Part shown: one piece after another, positions 28,622 to 40,930 of the stretch
Layout of the letters: every line of letters begins with the position of its first letter
How positions within the stretch are numbered: the first letter of the stretch is position 1
NCBI GenBank assembly: GCA_002269645.1
Contig: NIVC01000432.1
Span: forward strand, 1-64,000
Length of the DNA: 64,000 nt
Origin: Macrostomum lignano
Lineage: Eukaryota
Reading direction: 5' to 3'
Notes under the pieces: generated by a model
Database searches by the model: none
The model's input: the letters and a program-made list of their open reading frames with translations, nothing else
Told to the model about the DNA's origin: nothing
Program-made: the position numbers and the translations under genes

Positions 28622-29062
28622 GGGTTCGGTAGATAGGGATTCGGTGAATGGGGATTCGGTGAATGGGGATTCGGTGAATGGGGATTCGGTGAATGGGGAT
28701 TCGGTGAATGGGGATTCGGTGAATGGGGATTCGGTGAATGGGGATTCGGTGAATAGGGATTCGGTGAATGGAGATTAGGTGAATGGGGATTCGATGAATG
28801 GGGATTCGGTGAATAAGGTTTCGGTAAATAGGGATTCGGTGAATAGGGATTCGGTGAATGGGATACGGTGAATGGGGATTCGGTGAATGGGAATTCGGTG
28901 AATAGGGATTCGGTGAATGGAGATTAGGTGAATGGGGATTCGATGAATGGGGATTCGGTGAATGGGGATTCGGTGAATAGGGATTCGGTGAATGGGGATT
29001 CGGTGAATGGGATTCGGTAAACGGGGATTCGGTGAATAAGATTTTGGTGAATAGGGATTCAG
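28622..29062. repeat. 15-bp minisatellite (GGGGATTCGGTGAAT)
   Basis: About 29 units. Confidence 0.95.
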
Positions 29063-29934
29063 TGGGTCTACTGGAATTCAAAAAGCAGTGTCATGTATAA
29101 TGATGCAGTGATCGTATTAAAACCGACAGGTAAGTTAAGTAAGTTAAGTGAAGTTAAGACTTTAAATATACTTATTTTAAGCTTCATAAAAACTCAGAAC
29201 CTTCGCAGACAGAGGCTGGAGCAACTTCATCATCTTGTGGATGTACAAAACAATGCTTAAGTCAGATATATTTTTTGCCTTGCTAAACATGAAAAGCAAT
29301 TGTTTAAAAGCACTGCTGCCGTTAATATCGGTATATACTACTTGCCTATTCTTCAGTAAGTAGAGCGAATAATGAAATTTGAAAGGCCCAGTTTCTCTAC
29401 GATGAGGTTAACATATTGTATTCGAATTCGAAAGCGAAGAGAGAAGCAGATTTGCGAAGATTTCTGTTCATTTTTAAAGAGCAAGAGCGAAATCAATATC
29501 ACAAGCCGCTACGCATACATTTATCAAATACTCTTAGTAGTACCAGCAGCAAATTACATGAATGTTGGTTAGAAAAATTGTGAAAAAAACGCTTAGCACA
29601 TAAAATTCGCGATCAGCACGAAGTTTTGAAGCATTGAATTGCCCTAATTTGATGAAGCAGCAGAGATGTGTGGATGATTTACTTCAGATTTAAGACTAAT
29701 TCTCATACTACTGACCTACCGCGCAGCAGTAGTGTAAAGCAAACATTTTGGCTAACAGTTGCGAAAATGTAAGCGGGGTGCGCACACAGTGCTCTCAGAT
29801 CAGGTCAAACAGTGCATTTTTGAGTCGTCAGAATGCAATGCAATGAATATTGTGACGTTTGAATGCGCGATAACTTTTTTGATGTAGCGCTAAAATAAAA
29901 AAATTAATTTCTTATACTTTAGACTCCCAGTTTC

Positions 29935-30265
29935 CCATGTCCCGGATCCTCAGCTCACAGATCCCCCGATCCTCAGATCCTCAAATTCCAGATTCTCAGC
30001 TCACAGATCCCCCGATCCTTAAATCCTCAAATTTCAGATCCTCAGATCTTTAGATTCCAGATCCTTAGAACCTCAGATCCTCAGGTCCCAGATCCTTAGA
30101 TCCTCAGAACCCACATCCTCAGATCCCACATCCTGAGATATCACATCTTCAAATCCCACATCCTCAGATCCCACATCTTCAAATCCCACATCCTCAGATC
30201 CCAGATCCTCAGATCCCACATCCTCAGATCCCAGATCCTCAGATCCCACACCTTCAAATCCCACA
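29935..30265. repeat. Degenerate 7/15-bp minisatellite (CCTCAGATCCCACAT family)
   Basis: Directly visible, just downstream of SPATA6. Confidence 0.85.
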
Positions 30266-30390
30266 GCACTTAAACGGTAAAAACTCGTATAATCGTACAA
30301 CCCAAAAATTCTCGCACAAAAATCGAAACGCCAAAATAGCAGTCTTTGTTATTAATTGAACTCAATCGTGGGCCACCAGCCATGAAGTCC

Positions 30391-31868
30391 TCAGGCGCGA
30401 ACGCTGCGCAGTCGAGCGAGCCGGAGCTCCCTCTCCAGCATCTCTACGTCGTCATAATACCGACCGTAGTAGTACGGATAAAAGTACGAATGATAGGGAC
30501 TGTAGTAGTATGGATAGTAGTAGGGCCTGTAGGGCCGGTATGGCGAGCCGCTTCGCCGCAGGGTGTCGGCGACTCGCTCGTGAAGGTCGGCGGACGTCAG
30601 GGCCGGGTAGCGCTCGCTCAGCGTCGGCCGGGACGGCGACGGCGACGGCGACCTTGGACGGGCCCGCGACGGCGCCTGCGCCTCCGCCAGAGACGACGTC
30701 GAACGGCGCAAATCGGCGGCGGATCGACTGCGCTTCAGACGTCCGGTGCCACCGCCCTCGCCGACGCCGCCGCTTCTCGACTTCGCCTCGCCGTAATTAT
30801 CGTGCATATTCGGCGTCCTGCCGACTAGCGAGTTTTCCACGCGCCGAACAACAAACGGTGGTCGACCGTTCGACGCCCCGCAGGCCGCCGCGGCAGCCGA
30901 TTTTGTCGGCGGTTTCTTCGATCGAGTTGACGGTTCGTCCAGATCGTCGCAGAGGGCCTTCAGCCGGGGGCTCGGCGATCGGGAGCGCATAGCGGCGGCC
31001 AGCGTCTGCCGCTCGTAGTTGTTGGCGCCGCCGCCGCTACCGCCACCGCCACCAGACTGCCTCAGTCGCCGGGACCGGGATCGAGACCGGGACCGGCGGG
31101 CGCCGTTGACGCCGACTGAGCTGCCGTTGGCTTTCGAGGTTGCCAGGAGGCCGCCGCCCGGCAGCAGCTCCTCGATGGCGGCGTAGGTGGCGAATTCGAG
31201 CCTGGGCGGCACGCCGGGAAAGTCCAGGGTTCGCGTCATAAGGATGTCGCGGCTGGCCGAGTGGCTGGTCCGGCCGGCCAGAGGGCCGAAGAAGTCGCGG
31301 CAGTTGGTCTCGTGGTAGGCCAGCAGGCAGCCGCCCAGGTAAATGTCCGTCACCTGGGCGGGAAATAAGATCAGTCAAAAGTTGATTCGTTAGTACGAGT
31401 AGTTTTCAGTAGTATTAGTAGTAGTATTATTCATCCAGTGATCGTTTCTAAATTTTTTTTTTCAAAAATGCATCTCAAACTTCTGGACGTCGTCCTTCCA
31501 CTTGAGTAGTTCATGGTGTGCTTGCAGTCAAATTTACGTCGAATAAAACTGAGTACAAAAAATTAAAGTACATGCAGTTTAAAACAGTAACCAAACGTTA
31601 CCTGTCGCAGCTCCAGCGTCACCGGAGCGTCAGCCAGCAGGTCGGCCACTACGAAGGCGTCCTCGGCTGTCCAGAACAGGCGCTCGAACTGGAATCGCTC
31701 GTGAACGTTCAGTGGGAAGGCGGCTTCCAGCAGGCGGGTCCGCTTGGCCTGCCCAAAGACGACAACTACCAGAAAGAGGTCGTCCCGGATGGGGAGCCGC
31801 GTGCCCGGCGAGGACACCACGTCCAGCGTCAGCTCCAGCGTGCATTTGAATCCGCCGCCGCTAGACAT
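30391..31868 (-). CDS. SPATA6: Spermatogenesis-associated protein 6 family; exons 31868-31602 and 31353-30391 (about 409 aa)
   Basis: N-terminal SPATA6 domain FKCTLELTLDVVSSPGTRLP..DDLFLVVVVFGQAKRT...FPL...FQFERLF...LELRQ / LLAYHETNCRDFF...PRLEFAT; phase-0 GT-AG intron CAG|GTAACG ... CCCAG|GTG. Confidence 0.88.
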
Positions 31869-33194
31869 GCTGATGAGTTTCTAATTTTTATTATCGATTC
31901 CGGCTTGTCTTACTGCCAAAAATGAGAGACTAGAAGACGACAGCGGCTCATGAATGCGAATTTTAGTGTTTTATGATTTTCAGATCCTGATACTTTAGCA
32001 ACAAATTTAATTATTATAAGTTGTCATAGTTATTTTTAGTTCCTGTTCATATTGTAATAAAATCGTCAATTATTGAAATTATTGAAAATCAAAAGTCTAA
32101 ATAACTTTAATTAAATCACAAACTTTTAAACTCATAAAATAATCATTCTTAACTTTCGTACTTTGTTGTTTAATTTAGTTTTAAATACTTAAATCCAAAA
32201 AGGCTCCCTTTGCTTACTGGAATTTTTTTATAAATACCATTAATACATGTATAGTAAAAGCTAAACTGTGTCATTGTTTCTGTATAGTTCATTTAATTAA
32301 ATTTAAAACTGTGTCACAGATAAATAGATAAGGAGTGAAGGCAGTGAGTGGTTCTGTCAGTCAAATCAATTACAATTATAGCTGGCTAGAAATGTGCAGA
32401 TGATCTAGTTACTATTTAATTTTTATAAAATTTCTTTAGGGGTAATGTAAATAAAATATAGCCAAAGTTTTATTAGCAAAAATCATTAAGGCAGATGTAA
32501 CCTGCATCGCATGACCACTGATCATACGAGGGTAAAGCCTTGTTAGAAATATATAGATTTACTATAGTCTAAATCACATTGAATCAATTTGCCAAGCAAA
32601 ATAATAAAGTTACAGTTACGTTTTTTCAGAAAAGAAACCCAAAGTATTCTCAAAAAGAAATCTGAAGTTTACACAAACGAAATTGGTTAATACAGGGTAG
32701 TAAGGCAACAGGAAAAAGAAAGTTACATATGAACTGAAAATCACAAGTCATCCGGTTGCTACGCAATATGCATAAAATTAAACGGCATTGTGATTAATAA
32801 ATATAGGAGTTCATGCTACACATTTAAACTTTTGCTGCAACAGTTGAAAGCCACTAAATGATGCTATTGTAAATCTTACTGAAGTATTTGTTTAAGTTGA
32901 TAACAATTAATACTGCTTTAAGGCGGTGAATAAAAAATATATATACATATAAGCATATAAAATTTCGATTTGTGATTTTTTACGGTGCAAAAAACAAATA
33001 TCGTCTATGAAAGCAGACTAAAGCGTTGCCTCTTTTATCCAACGCCTTAATTTTTTGCAATGTAGTGTCACTAATTTTATGTTTAACGCTGCTAGTTCAC
33101 TGATTTGTTTTGCAAAAAATAATATCATCAAATATTATCACTATTAAAGTTCAAAGTTTACGGGTGATTGTTAGCCCGTAGTTTGCGCCAGAGG

Positions 33195-33722
33195 GAGTTT
33201 GCATCAGATTTTTTATCGTTAGTCTCTTTTTACGTTTTCACTTTTCTAATGTATGCAATATAAAGTATTTAAATTGCAATCATGCAACAATATTTTTGCA
33301 ATTTTGGTACGTTTCACCACATTTTAATTATGATGGCAAAATCTATCGTAAAATACTCAACTGATATCAAGAGAATGAAGACGATAATAACGAACCAACA
33401 GCGAAATAAAATGAACGATCGTATATGCTTTGCGCATTTCTGAGAGCTGCCCCAGTCAACCTCTTAATTACGCTCGTAAATTATAACCTTGTAAATCTTT
33501 TATCATTGTCAATGCCAATGACTTTGATAAGGGAGTGACCTCAATAAAGTAAAATATCACGAAAGCAATATATATCTTGGTTCAATCAGACAAATTTAAT
33601 TTACAGTAAAATAATTCTAAAGCACTAAATACTCGTTCAATGAGAAAGCACATAATTTTATTATAAAAATTTCCTTAATTTTCACACGTTCGTTTGAACG
33701 GTTACACAAACCAAAGCCACTC
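33195..33722. repeat. Diverged direct duplicate (X') of the Tctex 3' flank at 35082-35717 (X)
   Basis: Collinear shared words GAGTTTGCATC, CTGATATCAAGAGAAT(G/A)AAGACGATAA, TCTTTTATCAT, AATTTACAGT, AAAGCACTAAA, GGTTACACAA..CCAAAG.CACTC in both copies. Confidence 0.75.
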
Positions 33723-34292
33723 AAAGTCTCAAGAATACATAAGCTGAAAATTGAAACAAAAAACAAAAATAATAAAGGCACAATTAACCACAGTGCATAA
33801 AGAGATCGTGTTAAGGATTAAACTCAATATATAATTAGTTCGATCGGTTGCCATGCTAACAACGTACACTGAAGTACCTTTAATTTTTTATGATGGTCTT
33901 TGAGGGTTGCGTACACGGAGTGTGTAGGTTGGCACACATAAGACTCGTTCACACTACGCCAGTTCTGAATGTCACACTGATAGTGCGTGGTTTTTTTGTT
34001 AAATATAAGATGGAGCATGCACTTTTCTTATTTAGTCGAGTGATTAAACTTGATGGCTCAATTCGATCGTGGTGTAAACAAGCCTTTGATCTAAACACTA
34101 TGAGAATACTGCTGCACACACAGTACTAATTTCTTTGCTTTAAAAAACGCAGCTACAAAAATTTTCGATAACCCTGCTAGAATAATAGTCATTTGCTTAA
34201 GGTACCAGGTTCATACCACACCATAATTGTTAGTATAAATTTGGTAGCAAGAGAAAACAAGAAACTTGAAACCTAATTACCTGCTTAAGGTT

Positions 34293-35085
34293 TCAAAAAT
34301 GAACCTTCATTCGCTTGGTGCGAATAGCGAACGCAACGTTAGCCAGCATGCTGGACACATCAACGTTGGCACTTTCCCACAGCGTGCCGCTTGTGACGAT
34401 AACCCAGAATAGAGCAGAAAACAGAGAGTGGCCCATGTTGCCCAGTGCGGCCTCCTCCGAGAATGGCACAGGGTTGCCCGTCTTCGACTCGTAGATCTCC
34501 TTGAATGTCCTGTAGAACTCCTTGGGGATCTTGTCCACGTGTTCCTGCATCGCCTCGGTCGATAAGCTGGAAATCATCAACAAGCCGAGGTCGGGGCCGA
34601 AAACACTGACGTCCCAGAACTGCCAGTCAAATAGTCGACAAATCATGCTGCCTTCATCGCCCTTGAACATGAAGTTTGAGAACCAGAGGTCGCCATGCGA
34701 TATTCCGACGGGCTCATCTGTGAACGCTGGAACCCCTTTCATTGGATCTGCGACTAAAGTTGCGATAAGCTTCTTCACAAGCTCTTGGATCAGCTCACGA
34801 TCCGAATGTGACGGTACATGCTTGTGCAAGTTCTCAAAGAAGTACTTCGTGTTTTTTTCCAAAATTTCTTTGAGGTCAACGCCACTCTTCCGAATTCCAT
34901 CACTAAATGGCGACTCGCGGCCGAACAGCACGGAGTCCAGCGAGTAGTTAAAGTTCACCCGAGCGATCCAGAACGCGGCCTGCAGTCGGGCAAGGGTCCT
35001 CACTACGCAGTAGGCCTGCTCGATGCCGAATGACTTCCGATCGACAAGGCTGAAGCCTTGCTTCGTCATGTCCTCCATAACGAGT
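34293..35085 (-). pseudogene. EcKL / choline-kinase-like paralog A, 5'-truncated (ORF begins at internal MEDM, 261 aa)
   Basis: HGDLWFSN and LFDWQF motifs; about 98% nt identity to paralog E (44047-42908), but homology stops abruptly at 35085, removing about 118 N-terminal codons. Confidence 0.8.
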
Positions 35086-35711
35086 TTGCATCCGAGTTTG
35101 TATCATCAGTTTCCTTAAGACTCATTTCCAATTGCATCATCACCTTTCCACGCTCGTACTTTTATGTACGTGTACTGGCCCAATACAATTTATTTTAAAC
35201 AATCATTCAACAATACATTTGGTGCTTCTTACAACTCTTTAATCGATGATTGCGGAACCTAATGTAAAATAATCATCTGATATCAAGAGAATAAAGACGA
35301 TAAGAATGAACCAACAACGGAATAACATGCAATGAACTCGTATATTTTTCCATGTACATACATTTCATGTAAATTGGTGTATTTTTACTGAGAGTTTCTG
35401 CCCTTTAGTCAGCCTTGTAATTAACTAAGTAACTGAATATCTTTTATCATCGTCATTGTACTTCAAGGTCTTTGATGAGGTTGAACTAAATAAAGTAATA
35501 ATATAAATCGCGAAAACAATACTAGTATAATCTTAGTCCAAACAGACAAGTTTAATTTACAGTTACAATAATATACGAGTAAAATCATAAAGCACTAAAC
35601 ACGATCTACAATGACAACGCCAATAGTTTAATGCTATAATTTCCGTAATTTTTAAACTTAAAATTTTTACATTTAATTTTTATGTTCTAAAGGGTTACAC
35701 AATTACCAAAG

Positions 35712-36281
35712 TCACTCGCAGTAGATCCAGAATGCAGCCGCAAAAGCTTTAAAGGTTGGTCTATCTAGGAAGCCAGTTACAAAGTCATCAGTAGCTGTGT
35801 TGATCACAGACCGGGATGCTAGTAGCAGAACCTGCTCGGACTTTTGCGCGATCGTCACGTGAACAATAATCTTGTAGCGAGGACAGTTGAAGTTGTTCTT
35901 CATCCTACGCTTCACGTCCTCGGAGACCATTTTTGTCAGCTTGGGAGCCGCCTTTGGGTCGTACTTGGACTCTCCAAGAAAGAATGTCAGACTGTTGTTG
36001 ACGATCTGTTGCACCTCGGCTGGCGGAAACTTCTTGGCAACATCTGGCTCCAGATGGTAGGTGTTCTCCATCTTCTTCACTGGTCGGTTGCGTCGGTGCC
36101 TCGCTCGGATGTCGCCGATTCGCTTCTTGAGCATCATGAGGGTCGCCAGACTCGGCTGTTTCGGCCGAGTCGCTGCTGCTCCCTCCTGACCGTCAGGTGA
36201 TCCCTTGACGACGTTAGAAGGCTTTAGCTGGCTTGGAGCCGGAGCCGACACTGTGGAGATGCGCTTCTTGTCGTTGCTCAT
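35712..36281 (-). CDS. TCTEX1D1: Tctex1 domain-containing dynein light chain (TCTEX1D1/DYNLT5-like), intronless, 189 aa
   Basis: MENTYHLEP...KFPPAEVQQIV...Y...L.K.VSEDVKRRMK...RYKIIVHVTI.Q...ASR...TDDF...FAAAFWIYCE: typical Tctex-1 domain with a basic N-terminal extension. Exact paralog assignment uncertain. Confidence 0.85.
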   Translation of the reverse strand: MSNDKKRISTVSAPAPSQLKPSNVVKGSPDGQEGAAATRPKQPSLATLMMLKKRIGDIRARHRRNRPVKKMENTYHLEPDVAKKFPPAEVQQIVNNSLTFFLGESKYDPKAAPKLTKMVSEDVKRRMKNNFNCPRYKIIVHVTIAQKSEQVLLLASRSVINTATDDFVTGFLDRPTFKAFAAAFWIYCE

Positions 36282-36884
36282 GCCTGAATTTTCTCTGAGG
36301 CACTCTCTCGGAGATTGCTATTGAATGGTTTTCTATGAAGCTAACGGTGAATATTTCAGTTTTTCTGGTCTTATCAGATTCACCTCTAATCGCTCACACA
36401 GGTACCGCACCATTTTGCTTATTGTGTGCTCGAAAAATACCCTAGCAACCAACAACTCTTATCTCCATGTATAGTGGACTGAAGGGTGAAATTGATTGCA
36501 TTTCCAAAAAGAAAGCTGAAAGCAATAAAAGAACTTATTATCGCTACACACGGCTGACAGCCCTCACAATTCTAAACTTTTAGAAATTTTAGCCTTCATG
36601 TAGATAGACTCAAAAATGTTGACCAAACGTTTTCCATGGGCAAACTTGGTACTAAGGACGGGAAACTACAGTAAAAGAGGCATGACTTTTAGAGCGCGGA
36701 AAGAATGGTCAAATATCAGAATTTAGAATGATTTAAACGTATATTTTTTCGTAAATTTTTGCAATTGCTTCATCAAATTCTTCGTCGGGTTTTAAGCTAC
36801 GCATTTTTCAAATGTCTGATGGAACTTTTAGTAAATGAAATGATTCGTTAGTAGGGTTGATATCACTGCTCTCCGGCAACACCG

Positions 36885-38022
36885 TCAGTCGGCAGGCATA
36901 GCCAAACGGTTTGAACGAAGAACAAAGGCCAAATTGTTCAGCAAACTGGGCACGTCCAGGTAGTCAGTCTCCCACAGCACACTGCTGGACGTCACTACCA
37001 GAAAAAAGCCCAAAAGAATGCATTCTTCATATTAACAAGTGCGGCCTCCTCAGAGAACGGTGCCGGGCTGCCCGTCTTCGACTCGTAGATCTCCTTGAAT
37101 GTCCTGTAGAACTCCTTGGGGATCTTGTCCACGTGTCCCTGCATCGCTTCAGTCGACAAGCTGGAAATCATCAGCAAGCCGAGGTCGAAGCCGAAAAGCC
37201 CAACATCCCAGAACTGCCAGTCAAACAAGCGGCAGATCATTCTGTCTCCGTCGCCCTTAAACATGAAGTTCGAGAACCAGAGGTCGCCATGAATGAGACC
37301 CATTGCTCGATCCTTGCCACTGGGCATAGCGCTGCTGTGTTCCGTACCGTCTTCTCGACGAATTCGTCTAGGCGAGACAAAATTATTTTCTGATCGTCAA
37401 CTGACTTGACTCGCTTGCCCAGATTAGCGCGAAAGTATTCAGCGTTGCGCTCGATCATCGGACGAAAATCAATGCGACTCTGTCGGATCGAGTTGGTAAA
37501 TGAAGTTTCTGGGCCGAACAGCACAGAGTCCAGCGAGTAGTTGAAGTTTACCCGAGCGATCCAGAACGCGGCCTGCATTCGGGCAAGGGTCCTTACTACG
37601 CAGTAGACCTGCTCGATGCCGAATGACTTCCGATCGACAAGGCTGAAGCCTTGCTTCGTCATGTCCTCCATAACGAGAATCGTGCCCTTGTCGCTGATCT
37701 TCTGACCGAAGGCTCTCGGGAACACCCCGCTCAATGTTGTACTGCTCCATGACCCGCTCCAGCACTGGGCCCGTCAAACCATAGAACACGACCTCGGTAC
37801 GACAGAAGTGCGTGCTCACCTGCTGGAGCTGTTCTAATTCGGTCCGAGTTGCATCGCTCCATTTAATAAAGATGTGCAGCGGCTGATCGGAACCCTCTCT
37901 CGTGATCGTAACCGCCCTTCGAAAGCTGAGGTAGCCGCCTTGGCCCACAACCTCGCTTGCCTTGGAGAGTTTGTTGGAGGATTGAAAGTTGAATAGTCGA
38001 GCAGCTCTGCTTCAATGTTCAT
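36885..38022 (-). CDS. EcKL / choline-kinase-like paralog B, full length but with four single-base frameshifts (gene or young pseudogene)
   Basis: MNIEAELL...GQGGYLSFRR...HFCRTEVVFYGLTGPVLERVMEQYNIE...HGDLWFSN...LFDWQF...LWETDYLDVPSLLNNLAFVLRSNRLAMPAD*; shifts near 37998, 37728, 37328 and 36998; no in-frame nonsense codons once corrected. Confidence 0.8.
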
Positions 38023-38793
38023 TGTTTACGATCGCCCAGCTTAATTAAGAGATTGTAAAGGCTGCACGACTGTACGTTGTTTACTACAGAGCTAAAGCAA
38101 ATTTGCAACACTATTTTCTCGTAGTTAAGTTTGCCTGTATTGCGCTATCTTGGAGCTGAGGTGGTATGCTACTCGTATGATGAGTTTAGCGAACACAAAG
38201 CATGCAGTTCTGCAGTTATGCAAGCAAAGGATTTCTGCTTGGCCTTATCTGACTGGCAATTTTACTCGGGTGTAGAGGTTTCAGCAAATTGCTATGTTAA
38301 GTAAGTTAACTTTACTGCACACATTAATGGATGTTCGGGCTCCCAAACTTTCAAATTTCAAATTTAATTGAATACCCGATAAGAGCATATGAGAGCTTGC
38401 AGTAGTACTAAACCCCACATTGCGACAAATAGAAGCTAATTAGAATTGCACTCTTTAATCATCCAGTGGTTGCATGATATGCCAATCAGAACAGAGTGGA
38501 TCCAAGTCTTATCTGTACCAATATTCCAACCCGAAGCTATTCGCTTACTTTCGAAAAACGAGCAAAGAAGTTAACTCTAAAGAAGATCAGACTTGAGGTC
38601 TCTGACGCGTAAGTGGACGAATGGACTTTTTTAGAGTTAATTGCTCGCGTGATGCTCTTATCAATGGTAAATGTTAAATTATAAAGTGTGCAGACTCAAG
38701 CCCAGGGTTATTTACGAAAACTCAGAAATTAGAGAGAAGTTAATAGAGTTATTACATACATTCTAGCTAGACTCAAACGCTACTATAGATACT

Positions 38794-39926
38794 ATGGACG
38801 TTGTTGAGGAGCTAAAGCTTCTGCTTAAACTGAAGTCTGATAGTGAGATCGAACAGAGCGATGAGATGTTCCGTAAAGGTGGCTACCTCAGCTTCCGCCG
38901 CGCAGTGACTATCAAGAGGGACCGTGAGCCGCCGATGCACATATTCGTTAAATCTAGCGACGTTACGCGCCCGGAGTTGGATCAGCAGCAGTTTATTAGC
39001 TTCCATGCCTGTCAAAAGGAAGTCATATTCTACGGACTGATGGGTCCCGTGCTCGAGCGGGTCATGGAGCAGTACAACATTAAGCGGGTGTTTCCCAAAA
39101 CGCTTGGACAGAAAATCAAAGACAAGGGCACCATTCTGGTGATGGAGGACATGACGAAGCAGGGGTTCAGTCCTGTAGACAGGATGTCATTTGGTATCGA
39201 GCAGGCCTACTGCGTAGTGAGGTCCCTTGCCCGAATGCAGGCCGCGTTCTGGATCGCTCGGGTGAACTTAACTACTCGCTGGACTCCGTGCTGTTCGGTA
39301 AAGAGTCACCGTTCAGTGACAGTGTACGGAAAAGCGGCATGGATTTCAAGCCAATGATTGAGCGAAATTCTGCGTACTTCTTTGACAATTATGAAAAGCA
39401 TGTAAAATACCCGGAGGACGCACAAGTGATTCGCGAGTACGTGACCAAGTTCATCAAGACACTTTTGGACGATCCAATGAAAGGCATGCCCTGTCTCACT
39501 GACGAGCCACTTGGACTTTCGCACGGCGACCTCTGGTTCTCGAATTTCATGTTCAAGGGCGACGGAGACAACATGATTTGTCGACTGTTTGACTTGCAAT
39601 TTTGGGACATCAGCATCTTCGGCTTCGACCTAGGATTGATGATGGTGACCAGTTTGTCGAATGAGTCAATGCAGGAACACGTGGACAAGATTCCGAAGGA
39701 GTTCTACAGGACATTCAAGGAGATCTACGAGTCGAAGACGGGCAGCCCTGTGCCCTTCTCAGAGGAAGCTGCACTGGGCAACATGGGCCAGTCGATGTTC
39801 TACGCCATGTTCTGGGTGATCGGCACCTGCGACCTGCTGTGGGAGAGCGACAATATTGACGTGACCAACATGCTTTCCAATGTTGCTTTCGCTATTCGCA
39901 CCAATCGCATCAGGTTGCCATTTTAG
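38794..39926 (+). CDS. EcKL / choline-kinase-like paralog C, one -1 frameshift near 39269
   Basis: ORFs 38794-39357 and 39288-39926 join at AACTT[c]AAC (NFN) when compared with the paralogs; HGDLWFSN and LFDLQF motifs. Confidence 0.85.
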
Positions 39927-40930
39927 TTAACGAAGAAACATTTCATTGTGACCACAATCTGATTTAAGAATTTAGTGTACACTAGTTTAAAATAAAACGT
40001 CTCATATATACACTGTAGCTGAAAGTTTACTTGCAGATTTGTGCGTTTGACACCATGTGCTTAGATGAGAATAGTTAACTAATTTCACTCCTATTGACAG
40101 TAGTGTATGAGAAAACATTTTTCTATTTTCCCTTCAATTTCTGGCTGGCTTTTTAATCTCTGTGCCAATTAAAGTACACAAGAGCGATTTTCACCCACTG
40201 AAATACAAAGATCAAAGTACACGAAAGATTATAAGAAAGAAATAATGCTAAACATACAAAACAAAATTAGTTTCCTCAAAGTGTTTGCAAGAAAAAGTAC
40301 ATTGAATTTACAATATTTGCTCCGAAATTACTACTGGGCACATCCTATTCAATTACTGCAATAAGTACAATCGTTCTGTAAGTAACGAAATTTCAATTTG
40401 TCCTAAAGGCCTGGATGGATGCAAGAAAACTGATTAATTGCGCCAGGCAGGAAACTGACTGACGATCTAATTAGGCTAGAACTGACCCCGGTTAGGCACA
40501 ACTAATGCATGCAGAACTCGTGCACCCTGACACTATTGCTACAATAGTCCGAAAGCAATTATCAGCACACAGCCAGTTAGTTAGATATAGGAAGCTACAG
40601 GCACAGCACATGTTCTACATGTAGCTTCCTTCTTGTGGGCCTGGGGCCACGATTCCGCAGTGTCTCTTGCTACTTTTCTACACAAAGCCATGAACATTTC
40701 CGACGCATTGCACAGTTGCTTTTTCATTATCAGCGCTTCCGAGTCAGTAAATCGAACCTCTCTCTGGTAGGTCTTCGCTCTCAGAACTAAAAACTGTATA
40801 TACTGATTGATATTATTTTCTTTGTGAATTCTTGAACTCTATAAGCCGCGAAGAAACTGAATAGTTCTATTTGTTTGAGCTAACATAGATTTTCTGTAAT
40901 AACTTAAGCCATTGACACGAAGCATCAGAT

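Noticed and set aside
30346-30992. + strand ORFs 30346-30828 and 30510-30992
   Set aside because: Antisense shadows of GC-rich SPATA6 exon 2.
32520-32720. TACGAGGGT / TACAGGGT words resembling Tc1/mariner TIR starts
   Set aside because: No matching inverted partner or transposase remnant found.
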